Assembly (NCBI GenBank): GCA_000004695.1
Contig: CM000151.3
Location: 4,256,001 to 4,320,000 of the forward strand
Direction of reading: 5' to 3'
Length of the DNA stretch: 64,000 nucleotides
Source of the DNA: Dictyostelium discoideum
Lineage: Eukaryota
The notes under the pieces were generated by a model. That model saw nothing but the letters and a program-made list of their open reading frames with translations. It had not been told where the DNA came from and made no database searches. Of the stretch, positions 1-15,263 are shown in pieces. Numbering within the stretch: position 1 is the stretch's first letter; every line of letters begins with the position of its first letter. Position numbers and translations under genes: made by a program.

Positions 1-256
1 AAATAACAATAATTTTATTAATATGATATTAAAAAAAAAAAATTAGTATTTAATCTAACCAAAAATTTTAATTTTTGATAAACTTTTTAAAAATAAAAAA
101 AAATAATAATAAAAAAATAAAAAATTAATAATAACAATAATTATTTTTAAAAAAACTATTTGTGTATCTTAAAAAAATTAATAATTTATTAATTTGTAAT
201 ATCATAAATTAATATTTTAATCAATTATAACAATACTAATATTCAATACAAAAAAA

Positions 257-1030
257 ATGAACTTAATAAAACAAATTTTAATTTTATCATTAATGATATT
301 GTTTTTATTAAATAATCCAACATTAATTTATGGTCAAAATGATAATGATAATAATAATCAACAAGTTAAAGATGCAAATTATTCACCATATGGAGGCAAT
401 GAATTATATAACAATAATAACCTTAATAATATTGATCAAATTAGACAATCTTCATATTATGATTACTTACAAAATTTAAGACCACAAGATTATATTCAAA
501 TTTTTAAAGGTGTTGTTAAAGGTTTACAAGTAAGTTTTTTATTTATTTTTAACTTTTTCATTATTATTATTTTTAATTTATTTAAAATTATTAATATTGT
601 ATAAATAAAATTCAGAATTCTATTAATCCACAAAATTCAAATATTTGTTCACAAATTATAATTTACAATGTTGAAAGTTCAATGTATTTATCAAATGAAT
701 TACCTTTAATGCTTTTTCAATATAATTCAACTCAAATTAAATCTGTTGTTTCAAATATTAAATTGGTTTTACAAAATTTTTCAAATTTAAATCAAAATAA
801 TATTTGTAAATTTGATTTGATTAAAGAACGTTTTGATTTTTATTCTGCTTTTATTGATCAATTTGGTGTTGATCAATTAATCCTTAGAGAACAATCATTT
901 TTAAATAATAATATGCAATACTTTTCAAAATATATAAGAGCAATTGTATTTGATATGTATTTTGGTACATATGAAGATGTAGGTTATAATATTGGTTCTG
1001 GTTTAGGTTTATTTTTAAATACACCATATG

Positions 1031-1035
<5 letters not shown>
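257..1035 (+). CDS. Small secreted hypothetical protein (signal peptide; 2 exons: 257..529, 616..1035)
   Basis: ATG at 257 is followed by a hydrophobic signal-peptide-like N-terminus (MNLIKQILILSLMILFLLNNPTLIYGQ...). GTAAGT donor at 530 and a TTCAG acceptor ending at 615 join the 257..604 ORF to the 682..1035 ORF in frame. No recognisable domain. Confidence 0.5.
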
Positions 1036-1088
<53 letters not shown>

Positions 1089-1362
1089 AAAAATGATAAA
1101 GGATGTAATTATTTCTCTTCTCTTTAGGAAAAAAAAAAAATATACACAAAAAAATAAAAATAAATATCTAAATTATTTAAATATAAATACATATTATGTT
1201 TTATTTAATTTTTTTTTTTTTTTTTATTTTATCTTTAGTTTTTAAGAATAACTTTTTTTTTTTCTTTTTTTTTTTTACTATTATGTATGATTGTATCTTT
1301 ATCTGGGTAAATATTGGTATTACAGTTATTATAATTATTATTATTATTATTTTTTTTTTTTT

Positions 1363-1895
1363 TCAAGACATTGAATAATCAAAACTTTGACTTCTCATTT
1401 TATCATCTTTTTCATTATTTTTTATATTATTATTATTTGTAATAATACTATTTGGTGGTAAAGTGTTGGAACCAATTGAAGATTTTTGCATTGAAGGTGA
1501 ATGATGATAATAAACATTTGGTGATCCACTAATATTTACACTTGTAATATTATTTTTGGAAGATTTTAATTTACTTGATTGAACAGTTGGTGATTTAGAA
1601 TAAAAACCTAATTTTAAGCCATTATAAGCTGCGCTAACAATACTTGAATTCTTTCTCTTAAAATCTTGTTCAACTAAAAAAGTTGGACCAAATGATAATT
1701 GATTAATATTTGAGTATCCCATTAAACTAACAAAACAATCACGAATTGATTCTGAAATTTCTCTACCTAAATCTTTACCAAATTCAATTGATTCACCTTC
1801 TGGTATTGGTATTATATATTGATTAAATGTACAATCAGCAATTATACTATCATCAATTGTTGTAGAATTTGATGTTGTTGATGATGATGATGAAG

Positions 1896-1953
<58 letters not shown>

Positions 1954-3675
1954 AAAATTTGAATCATTTGGTGAAGTTGATAAATCTAAAGAATCACCTA
2001 ATGAACTATTTGAAGATGATGATGATTTAATTGGTCTTGAATTAATAGCACTACTATTTGATCTACTATTTGGACTTATACTACCACTACCACTATTACT
2101 GCTGCCACTACCACTACCACTACTACTACTACCACTTGATTTATGAAAAATTTTAATTGCATAAGAATTCATTTTCTTACCATTATTATCAATTACACCC
2201 ATTTGAATTCTTTTTATTGATGTAAGATTAAACTGTTTAAAATGAACGATTTTATTCTCATTAAAATTATATTTACATCTAACTAAATGAGAAGGTGTTA
2301 AGAGTAAGATACGTTCTTGTTCTTGATTACGTTTATTGATTGAAATAACGATCCAAGCATTAATGAAACCTTCACCAAGTGTTGATGACTCTTTTGAACG
2401 TAAGAAATGATCTACACAATTGTTTATGGCATCCATACGAGATTCACCCCAATCATATTCATTTTGAATGGAACGAAAGTTTTGAGCACTTTTATAGGTG
2501 TCAACAGTGGTCAAACCCAAGAAAAGGTCAATTGAAACTTGTCTAATTTTATCCAAGAAATTGTTGATGTAATAACGAGTCAACGAGTTTACACCATCTC
2601 GGAAAACACCTTTTGTATTTCTTTTACCAGTACGAGTGTAATCACCCTTCAAAGCTTGAGTACCAGCATATTGGAATGAAATTGCATCACCATTATTTGC
2701 CCATGCCAATTTAATCGATCGAGTTCCAGGCAATGATTGATCTTTAATTCTCCACTCGAAACCCAATCGTTTCAATTGTCTCTCCAATACTGATACACCA
2801 ATCATTGATTGTACCAAATTGGTACGATCTAAACAATCCAAACAATTGGTACGAGTTAAACCATGTTGATGTTGAGTGTAGCCTTGTTCTGAATTTCTCT
2901 CTGTATATCCAATATGTTGATGAATATTCTCCTCCAATTGATCGATCAAAATATCAACACGATCAAATCTATTACCTTGACAAAAATGGTGGAAATCGAA
3001 TGGAACGAAATCAATCTCTCGATAACCGCTTGTAACTGCCATCATTCTATACGCTTCACCCAATTCTGCTTCTGATCCTTTTTGATCTAATAATGTCACT
3101 AGCACTTGTGGTCCTGGTCCATACAATTTAATTTGTTCATCGAAATGAGCACGAAATGAATTTGAATTCAATTGATTATCTTGGGTAATCTTTATCTCTG
3201 GTTTAATCTTTCTACCAGTTTGTTCCCATATCAATGGTATACTACCTCTAGTTTGTACAAATGAAAATGTTGTCTTCTTTCCACTAGTTGGATCTTGATG
3301 TGATATAATTTGTTCTGTCTCTACATAATTTGCAACATTTCCATTATGATCTGATCCTCTTGTATTATATCTTGTACCCGCTCTAAATTTACTCCTTCTT
3401 GATATTAATAAAAATTCAATATCATTTCTTTCAATAAAAAAGTTTATAATTTCAACATCTTTTTAAAAAAATAATAATTAGTATTTACTATTAATCTATA
3501 ATAAATAAATTAATTCATAATAAAAATAATAATAATACATACAACCTCTAATCAATGGTAATACCCAATTATAAAAACCACCTTGAATTAAATTAGTTTG
3601 TAAATGTTTATTCCAATAAAATCTACTATTGAATACTTCAAAAAGATGATAAATTGTTTCTTGTGATTCTGTTAA

Positions 3676-3708
<33 letters not shown>

Positions 3709-4491
3709 CGTTGTTGTTGTGTTTTCTTCATTTACATTTGTGTTGTTGTTTGTTTGTTTATTATGATGATTTTTAAAATGATTTTCAATATTATCAGAAA
3801 TATTATAATCAAAACAATAATAAAAGTTTGATTTTAATAAATTCTTTAAAGATTTTTTATAGGTTGATTCCATTTTACGATCATGTTCAGATAAATCGGT
3901 TGGATTATTACTAATGAGGATTAAATTACAATTTTCAATACGATAAATATATTTTCCACCAAAACTACCAATTAATTGTTTGCCAGTTATAACTATTAAA
4001 TATGGTCCTGATAATAAATTAATAATACCAACTATACCATACGCTAAAATAGATTGTTGATGTAAACTACTACTACTACTACCACTACCACTACCACTAC
4101 CACTACCACTACCACTACCACTACCACTACCACTACCACTACCACTACCACTACCACTACCACTACCTTCTTTACTATTATTTAAACCATTATTCAATTC
4201 TTTATGATTAAAACTATTAATATTGCTACTACTATTACTTCTTATACTAAAATCTACACTACTATTTAATGATACTTCACCATTACTACTATGATGATGA
4301 TGATGATGACCACTACTCTTCTTTTTAAAATCACTACTATTATTTATTAAATATTCGGTTGAATAATATTGTGATGTTATTTTAAATGTTGATCTATCAA
4401 TTACCAATGATTCAATATTTGAGTTTGTAGATGTATTAACTGAATTTGCTGGTTTAACTACGATTTTATCTTTTAATTGATAAATTGACAT
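1363..4491 (-). CDS. Sac-domain phosphoinositide phosphatase (Sac1/synaptojanin-like Sac homology domain; exons 4491..3543 and 3458..1363)
   Basis: Exon 1 has the Sac N-terminal region (ILAYGIVGIINLLSGPYLIVITGKQLIG). Exon 2 has RAGTRYNTRGSDHNGNVANYVETEQI and FSFVQTRGSIPLIWEQ. The catalytic CX5R(T/S) motif is present as RTNCLDCLDRTN. GTATGT donor after ...PLIRG and AG acceptor at 3459/3460, both phase 1. The C-terminus is Ser/Thr/Asn-rich low complexity. Confidence 0.85.
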
Positions 4492-4531
4492 AACCCTATA
4501 TAATTCTAAATAATATATGTATGAATTTTAA

Positions 4532-4651
<120 letters not shown>

Positions 4652-4664
4652 GAAATAAATAATT

Positions 4665-4899
4665 TTAAAAATATAAATTTATTTTTATGTTTAACATACC
4701 ATGATATTTAACTTTAAAATCGAATTTTTGAGAAGATTTTAGACCACCACTACCACTCATACTTGCTCTAGTATTTCCATCCATTGAAAAACTACCTCCA
4801 AAATTAATATTACCACTACTACCATTGCTAAAGTGTAAATCGCTCATATCTTCAAATGTTGAAAATTCATTACTTACTTCATCTCCACCATTATTTATA

Positions 4900-4965
<66 letters not shown>

Positions 4966-4978
4966 CCATTTAAAAATA

Positions 4979-5060
<82 letters not shown>

Positions 5061-5272
5061 CATTTCAAATTCAAATAAATTTGAGCCACCATTATTACTA
5101 CTATTACTATCAGTTTGTAAATCTGATGTTAAACGATCAGTACTTCCCATTTTATTATTAAAAACTTTTAATAAATTTGAACTATCAGATGGTGGATATG
5201 ATGACATAACTTTACTTGATCCAAAAATTGAAACTGTTGGTTTAATACCCTCATCTTCATATGTTGTATATA

Positions 5273-5312
<40 letters not shown>

Positions 5313-5957
5313 ATTATTATTACTATTATTATTATCTATTTTTTTATTTGTTTCATTTTCATTTTCACTTTCACTATCCGAATAAATTGTTTGGGATGGT
5401 GAGAGTGGTGGTGAATTTAAGTGTAATTTATTGGATATATCACTATCTACATCGTTATTTTTATCCTTATTTTCATTATCGTCTTCATCAATATCTTCAC
5501 CTTCTTCATCATTATCATCATCATCATCTTCTTCTTCTTCTTCTTCTTCTTCATAATCATCATTTAATTGTGAATTTAAGGTTGAAGGAGGTGGTGGATG
5601 TTGAATATATACAATATTTTCTTTTGCGATTGTCAATGTTGACCTATTATTAATTTTATTTCTAATTTTAATATCATTATTGATTTGTTCTTCTTCGTTA
5701 ATATCATCATCTTCCTCCTCTTCTTCTTCTTCTTCCTCTTCCTCCTCTTCCTCTTCTTCCTCCTCATCTTCTTCATCTTCATCTTCATCTTCTTGTTTAT
5801 ATGTTTTTGGAGGGAGTGGAGGAGGAGGTGATGAAGGAGGAAAATCATTTATTGTTGGTGGTGATGTTGATTCTGTAATCCTTCTATTACCAATTGTAAT
5901 AGATGGTCTTGGATTTCCTCCAAAATTTGCACTAGATGAAAGTTTGAATGAACTCAT
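4665..5957 (-). CDS. Hypothetical low-complexity protein (poly-Asn, poly-Glu/Asp acidic tracts, Pro-rich N-terminus)
   Basis: Long minus-strand ORF from ATG (MSSFKLSSSANFGGNPRP...PPPPLPPKTYKQEDEDEDEE...). Typical Dictyostelium homopolymer-rich protein with no recognisable domain. The plus-strand ORFs overlapping it are repeat-frame artefacts. Confidence 0.4.
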
Positions 5958-6905
5958 CTTTTATTATAGTTTCTTGCTCTATAAATAGTGTTTAAATATT
6001 TTTATTTTTATTTTTTTTTTTTTTTTTTTCTATTTTTAAATTTTATATTTTTCCAAAGTACGTGTGAGTGTTTAAATTGATTGATTCAAAAATTGTGTAA
6101 CACCACTTTTTTTTTTTTTTTTTTATCGAGATTTATGCTTTATTATTACTATTATTTTTTTATTATTATTATTATAATTATTATAATTTTTTATATTGTT
6201 GTACGTAAACAAAAAAACAAAAAAAAAAAAAAAAAAAAAGACTTGTTTTTTTAGCTCATCCAAAAATAATATTGGGTCTTTTTAAAGAATCTAGTGTGCA
6301 ATAAACAAAAAAAACGTGCAAAAATTTTTTTATTTTGAATTTTCAACCATTTAAAAAAATATAAAAAAAAAATAAAAAATAAAAAAAAAAAATTCATATC
6401 CAGTGGTTTTCATTCTTCATAATTTAAAAAAAATCTTCTTTTTTGTCTTTTTTTTTTTTTTTTAGTAAAAGAAATAAAAATAATAAATATATAAAACTAA
6501 ACACATAAATAAAAAATAAATGTAAAAAATAATTATTAATAATGTATAAATAAGATTGGAAAAAATATAAATATATTTATATTTTTAACTTAAAACCTTC
6601 ATCAATATATTTTTCTCTCGAACTCGCTCTCTCACAAAAAGAAGATACATCTTAAATCTATTTTAATAAAAAGAAAAAAAAAAATTTAAACTTTTTTTAT
6701 TCCATTTTTTCAAGCCAAAAAAAAATAAAAAAAAATAAAAAAAAATAAAAAAAAAAACAAATTTAAAAAAAGATTTTTTAAAAACTAAAAATAGTTTATC
6801 TAATAGAAAAAAAAAAAAAAAAAAAAAAAACAGAATTAATGAATTACTTTTGTTAAGAAAAGTAAAGATAAAAAAATTTCCTTAATTAACATGTAATTTG
6901 TCTTC

Positions 6906-6938
<33 letters not shown>

Positions 6939-6949
6939 TTTTTTTAGAT

Positions 6950-7068
6950 TTTTTTTAAATTTAATTTTTTTTATTTTTATTTTTAATTTTTTTTTTTTTA
7001 TTTTTAATTTTTTTTAAATTTAATTTTTTTTATTTTTATTTTTAATTTTTTAGTTTTTTTTTTTCATT
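6950..7068. repeat. Tandem duplication (about 58-bp AT-rich unit x2) in the intergenic/promoter region
   Basis: The unit aaatttaattttttttatttttatttttaatttttttt occurs twice, about 58 bp apart. Confidence 0.6.
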
Positions 7069-7102
7069 TTTTTTTTTTAGGGGTCGACACCAACACAAAT
7101 TG

Positions 7103-8506
<1,404 letters not shown>

Positions 8507-8541
8507 AATAATAATAATAATAAAAAAAATAATAATTAGTA

Positions 8542-8603
<62 letters not shown>

Positions 8604-8715
8604 GATATACCTATTTATATTTACATGTCACATTATAGTCTATAATAAAAAAATAATAATAAAAAATAATAATAAAAAGTAATAATATTAATAATAATTT
8701 AATATAAGGTGGTGG

Positions 8716-8755
<40 letters not shown>

Positions 8756-8801
8756 TTTATTTATTTGTTTTATTTATTTTCATTTTAAAAAATTATTATT
8801 A

Positions 8802-10634
8802 TTAATTCGTGCAATGATGAAGATCATCAGCATATGACTCATCATTTATTTCAGTAATATTATTAATTTCATCACTTTCAATGATATCTTGTGTATCAAT
8901 TTCTACTACATTTTCACCATTACTATTATTAATATTATTACTATTATTGTCATTTGTATTATTATTATTATTATTATTAATAATTGAATTAATATTGTCA
9001 ATTAAATGATGATCATTATTATTATTATTATTTTGATGATTTTGATTATTATTTTGATGACTTATAAAACTTTCATTACTATTTACATTTGAGGTATTTG
9101 CGCTACTTATACCACTACCACCACCATCAGAACTTGCACCATCACCACCACCATTATTATTATTATGATTTAAGGTTGAAATTTTATTACAATTATTATT
9201 GTTTTTTTCAAAATTTTTATAATAATTATTATTATTAATAATATCAATGTCCGTACTTGCACCACCAACACCACCATTATTAGTAATATTTTGAAATGTA
9301 TTATTATTATTATTATTAACAATATTTAAATCATTTTCTAGAGTTGTTTCATTCTCTAAATATTCACTTTCAATTGTATCCATATCGATTGAATCCAATG
9401 TTTTTGAAGGTGTATTAAATGAATTTGTTTTTTTATTTGTTTTTGATTGTTTTTCAGCATCACCATTCTTTACAAATGAACCTTCTTTTGGTTTCATAAT
9501 AAATAATAATTCAATTACTAAAAACATTTCCATTGAATGCACAACTGCTAATAATGCAAGATTACCTTCTGGTTTTTTTGATAATCCTAAAAAAAAGAAT
9601 AATGAAGGCGGTATAATTGATGTAAATAAACTAACTGAAACTGCAACTGTAATAAAACATAACTATTTAGAAAAAAAAAAAATAATAATTATTAATATTA
9701 TTATATTTATTATTATTATTATTATAATAAATATATTATTTACTTTTCTTAAAGTTGATTTCTTTTTTCTTTTATCTTCAGGGATTAATTTAATTTTTTT
9801 AATTAATAATGAACCATAAGTTGCAAAACCAACTAAACATAAAACAATAGAAATTATAACATAAAGATTGTATGCTGTATAGAAACCTGTATTATTTTTA
9901 GTTGAATCAATATTTCCCAATATTACTCGAAATATTTCAAATAATAACCAAATTGAATTTGCAATAATAAAAATTGGTTTAGTTTTATCAATTGCTTTTC
10001 TACTTGCATGGGGTGATAATTTAATTGCTATTGAATGATATGTATGAGCCCAATATAATAATAATATTTCATATGATGTAAATAAAACATAAATTGGTAA
10101 ATTATACATAACTTCTTCACCTAATGGTGATATTAAATTACTTCTTCCAAATGGATCAAATGCAAAATATAATACTCTTACTATTATTATAAAAAAAAAA
10201 AAATTAATATGTTTATTTATATAATTATTATTATTGTTATTGTTATTTAAAAACTTACAAATTAAAAATATTAATACAACAATATGATTTATTGCTTTAA
10301 GTTTGTGTACAAGTTTATCAGTTTTCCAAAATTTAAATGATCTGTAACTTTGAATTAATGTAATTATAAAAAGTAGTGACATTACGGCAAAGAAAACATC
10401 AATGAATGCGAAATAACTACTACCTAATACATCTTCATAATGAAGTTCACATTGATTACCAACATAATAACGATTACATTTACAAATATTATTAATACAA
10501 ATACCATTACTACTACAATCAAATATTGATGTTCCATTACAATAGCCCACTGATAATTCATTAATATTATCAAAACTACCACCACCAACACCAACATCAC
10601 CAGTATTAAATGTTGTGTTTGTAGTCATTTTCAA
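8802..10634 (-). CDS. Multipass membrane protein with an N-terminal Cys-rich EGF-like module (possible TMEM8/DUF3522-type 7TM protein). Exons 10634..10259, 10180..9744, 9662..8802
   Basis: N-terminus is CNGTSIFDCSSNGICINNICKCNRYYVGNQCE (EGF-like), followed by several hydrophobic helices (FAFIDVFFAVMSLLFIITLI; IFIIANSIWLLFEIFRVILG; YVIISIVLCLVGFATYGSLLI). Two phase-compatible introns (GTAAGT...AG of 78 nt, GTAAAT...AG of 81 nt) remove a poly-N/poly-I read-through. The C-terminus is Asn-rich. Confidence 0.6.
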
Positions 10635-11603
10635 ATTTTATTTATTTATTTATTGAAAAATAATGTTTTAAAAAATAAATAATTATAATGATTTTATTTT
10701 TTTATTTATTTTATTTTTTTTTTTAATTAATTTTTTTTTTTAAACATATATTTAATTATATTTTAATATTTTTTTTAAATATTTTAATTTTTTCTCTCTT
10801 TTTCTTATTAATCAGTATGTTAAGTTTTATTTTTTTTTAATTGATATTTTAGATATTGAATTGCTTTTTCGTTTTTATATATATATGTATAAAAATAAAA
10901 AAAATATAATTTTATCTTTGTTGGTTTTAATGAATCATTTATTATTATTATTTTTAATATTTTTTACTTTTTTTTGTTTTTTTATAATTTTTATATATTT
11001 ATTAATTATTAATATTATTATTATTATTATTAATTATTTATTATTTATAATTTTTATTTTTATTTTTATTTTTATTTTTATTTTTTTTTTAATGTTATTA
11101 TTATTTTTTTTTTTTTTTTTTTCCTCAACTGTAAGTAGTTTTTTGTTTTTTTTTTGTTGTTGTTGTTGCAACACTATTCAACTAGTTGTGTTGTATATAA
11201 TATTATTATAAAATTAATTAAATAAAATATATTAGTGGTTAAAAATAAATCTTTCCTATTCAAGCCAACAAAAAAGAATAATTAATAACAACATAACCAA
11301 AATCTAATATTATATCATAATTTAAATTTTGATAATCACTCAGCTTAAAAGCCAACGGACACATACTGTCACTCACACACTCACACTAAATTTATTTTTT
11401 ATTTTCTCACCAACCACACATTTCTCTCACACACTCTATTTAACACACTGGCACAACATATGCACCCCCTCTCGCTCAATATATCATATTAACCACACTT
11501 AATAATTTTTTTTTTTTGTTATTATATATATATATATAAAGTGGGTGTTAGTGGGTGTTATTTTTATATTTACCCAAATAAAATTTATTTATTTCATTTT
11601 CAT

Positions 11604-11648
<45 letters not shown>

Positions 11649-11927
11649 AAACAAAAACAAATATAAAAAATGAGTGAGATTTTCTCATTTTTATTCTTTT
11701 ATTCTTTTATTCTTTTTTTTTTTTTTTTTTTTTAATTTTATTTCTAAATTCAATTTTATCATTTCATTTCTATTTTTATCTTTTTTTAAAAATGATTAAA
11801 AATTAAAAACAACAATATTTGAAGATTATCCAATTAAAAATAATAATAATAAAAATTTCATTTGAAATGATGATTAATTGATTATTTTAAATTTAAATAA
11901 CAGCCAAGATTTTAATATATTTTTTTT

Positions 11928-11973
<46 letters not shown>

Positions 11974-12032
11974 ATTATTTAAAAAATAAAATAAGATAAT
12001 CCAATTAATAATAAAAAAATGATTTCACATTT

Positions 12033-13330
12033 TTAAAAAAGTTTTTGAACAATTAGTAAAAATACCAATAAACATACTGGAGCTGATAAAGTTGATGATA
12101 TTGATAGGTCATTATTTGGAGATTCAGTTGGAGATGAGAGTGGTGATGCACTTGGTGATGCACTTGGTGAGGAACTTGGTGATTCACTTGGCGAAGAACT
12201 TGGTGAGGAACTTGGTGAGGAACTTGGAGAAGGTGAAACATATTGAATATATGAGACTTTTGAAGTGGTAGTGGATCCACCAATATTTAATGTTAAGATA
12301 TAATCATTACCAATTTTATTTGGTGGATATGTAATTGTGAATTTTGAATCTGCGATTGAAGAAACTGAACATAAAATATCATTTATACTAACTGATACTA
12401 ATGAAACATTATTTGTGATGAATGAGCCTTCAATATCAATTGAACCAACAATTGAATATAAAATTAAAGTCTTTTGATTAATTTTAATATATGAGAAATA
12501 ATAAAATTTCATTTCATTTGAATTTTGGTTACCAACAATAACATCAAAATCAAAATTCGAACCAGTAAGAGAGAAAAAGTAATTACCATTATCATTCAAA
12601 AAGGAATAAGATACTTTCCAATTTGGAATGATTTTGTAATTTGTGCATTTTTACCAACACCTTGAGGAGTAAAGAATGAAAATTCTGAATTAGGAATAGA
12701 CATATCTAAATCATTAACTGACCAACCTAGGTTTCTACCTGTTAAAATAAGGACTCTTCCCTCAGTTGGGAACAATTTTGTATAATTTTCAACACTTGAT
12801 TCAAACCAAACTAAAAGATATTGTATAAATATATACATTTTTTAAACTTGCTGGTAAAACAGTCGTATTTGGAACATTATTACTAAGTTGTTGTAAATTC
12901 CTATAATAATTTAGATTTTTTATTAAAAAATTAATATTAACATATAAAAAATAACCAAATTGTTGTTGTTGTTGTTGTTATTGTTATTTATGTAATTTAT
13001 AAAAAAATATTTACAAATTTTGTAATTTTTCAAATTTATACATTGATTAATAAAATGGTAAATTAAAACCAATATTTTTGCCTAAATTTATATTTGTTAA
13101 ATTTGGTAATTTGTATGAATTTGGTTCGGAATATAAATTTAATGAGGTAATAACTTGATAATTTGTTTTACGATCCACAATACATATAACGTAAGAAGAG
13201 TCACATGGATTGGAATCCTTACTAATACCATAATGAATATAACAAATCTGAAGCTAAAGATTTTTGAGTTGGTTCAACTTCACATAAATAAAAAAAATGG
13301 AAAAAATAATACTAAATATTTTCATTTTAT
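12033..13330 (-). pseudogene. Truncated, disrupted paralogue of the downstream LRR/S-P-rich GPI-type surface protein gene (lacks the LRR block)
   Basis: Homologous to 13653..16446 over the N-terminal exon, intron and C-terminal half. The N-terminal exon hits a stop early (MKIFSIIFPFFLFM*). ORFs 12596..12838 and 12033..12599 are offset by a frameshift. An internal segment (NSNNTVIINGSPYKFG...) is deleted. The C-terminus carries an SPSSSPSSS stalk plus a hydrophobic tail. Confidence 0.45.
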
Positions 13331-13652
13331 TATTATTATAAGTATTATTTTTTATTTAAAAATAAAATAAAAAATAATTTTTTTTTTTAAAGAATTTTTC
13401 TTTTTTTTTTTTTTTATTTTTTTTAATTTATTTATTTATTTAATTTTTAAATTATTTAATTATTTATTTGTTTTTTGTATGTTTATTTGTTGCTTGTTTG
13501 TTTGTTTGTTTTTTTTTTTAAAAATTATTATTTTTGTTTGTGAAGGATAAAAATTTAATAATTTCATTTATATTTTAAATTTAATAAATAATTATTTAAA
13601 AAATAAAATTTAGATAATCCAATAAAAAAAAAAAAAAGATTTAATATTTTAT

Positions 13653-15166
13653 TTAAAAAGTTTGAAAAATAAGTAAAAATACCAATAAACATACTGGAAC
13701 TGATAAAGTTGATGATATTGATAGGTGATTATTTGGAGATTCAGTTGCAGATTCAGTGGGAGATGAGCTTGGTGATTCACTTGGTGGTTCACTTGGTGAT
13801 GCACTTGGTGATGCACTTGGTGAAGAGCTTGGTGAAGAGCTTGATGAAGAACTTGGAGAAGGTGTAACATATTGAATATATGAGACTTGGGTAGTGGTAG
13901 TGGATCCACCAATATTTAATGTTAAGATATAATCTTCACCAATTTTATTTGGTGGATATGTAATTGTGAATTTTGAATCAGGGAATGTTGAACTGAACAT
14001 AAAATATCATTTATACTAACTGAAATAAATGAAAAATTATTTGTGATGAATGAGCCTTCAATATCAATTGAACCACCAATTGAATTTAAAATTAAAGTCT
14101 TTTGATTAATTTTAATATATGAGAAATAATAAAATTTCATTTCATTTGAATTTTGGTTACCAACAATAACTGAAACAGTAAATTCACCATTAGTTGCTAT
14201 TGTTGGAAAGTCAATCATAGGATATTTAATAATATGATTATTATCACCACTAATCTCTGCCTTTCCAAATTTATAAGGTGAACCATTGATAATCACAGTA
14301 TTGTTTGAATTAACATCGAAATCAAAATTTGAACCAATGAGAGAGAAAAAGCTATTTCCCTTATCATTCAAAAAGGAATACGATTTAATTGTTGGTGGAA
14401 GATAGCCATATTGGAATTGGTATGTTTTACCATTTTGGAATGATTTAGTAATTTGTGCATTTTTACCAACACCTTGAGGAATGTAGAATGAAAATTCTGA
14501 ATTTGGAATAGACATGTCCAAACCATCTACTGACCAACCTAGGTTTTTGCCTGTAAAAATAAGGACTCCACTACCATCAGTTGTGAATAATTTTGTATAA
14601 TCTTCATTAACTTCAAAATCTGAACAATTTGGCTTACTTGAGGAATCGAAATTTGAGAATGGATTTGGATGCAAATTTTGAGCATTACCATAACCAATGC
14701 AAAGAACACATTATGGTACTGTTCCATCTAATTTATTATTACTCAAGTGCAATTTTAATTTACAATATGACTCTGGAATATCACCAATAACCTAATAATA
14801 ATAATAATAATTAAAATTAAAAGAATTTAATTTTATAAAAAAAAAAAGTGAACCAACAAAATTTACTTACTAATGAACTATCTATGGAAAGATAGGTTAG
14901 ATAAGGAGCATCGTCAATATTTGGTAATGTTTGCTCGAAACGATTATTAGTAATTTGTAATGATGATAAATTTCCTAAACTAATCTTTTCAAATGGATGT
15001 GAAGAATTAGCTGTAAGATATTCTGTTTTAAAGGGAAAAAAAAACATGGTCCATTACATTGTTCAAACGATAAACCATAATCATAACGCATGGTACTTGT
15101 ATAAAATAAATGTGATATAAAAATAAATATAAATAAATAATTTTGTTGTAAATTTTGTACAACAAC

Positions 15167-15263
<97 letters not shown>

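Noticed and set aside
4825-5988. Plus-strand ORFs of 101-162 aa made of poly-Leu / poly-Tyr / poly-Ser (4825..5313, 4856..5161, 5261..5653, 5680..5988)
   Set aside because: They are alternative-frame translations of (AAT)n/(GAA)n coding repeats of the minus-strand gene 4665..5957, with no independent start context or domain.
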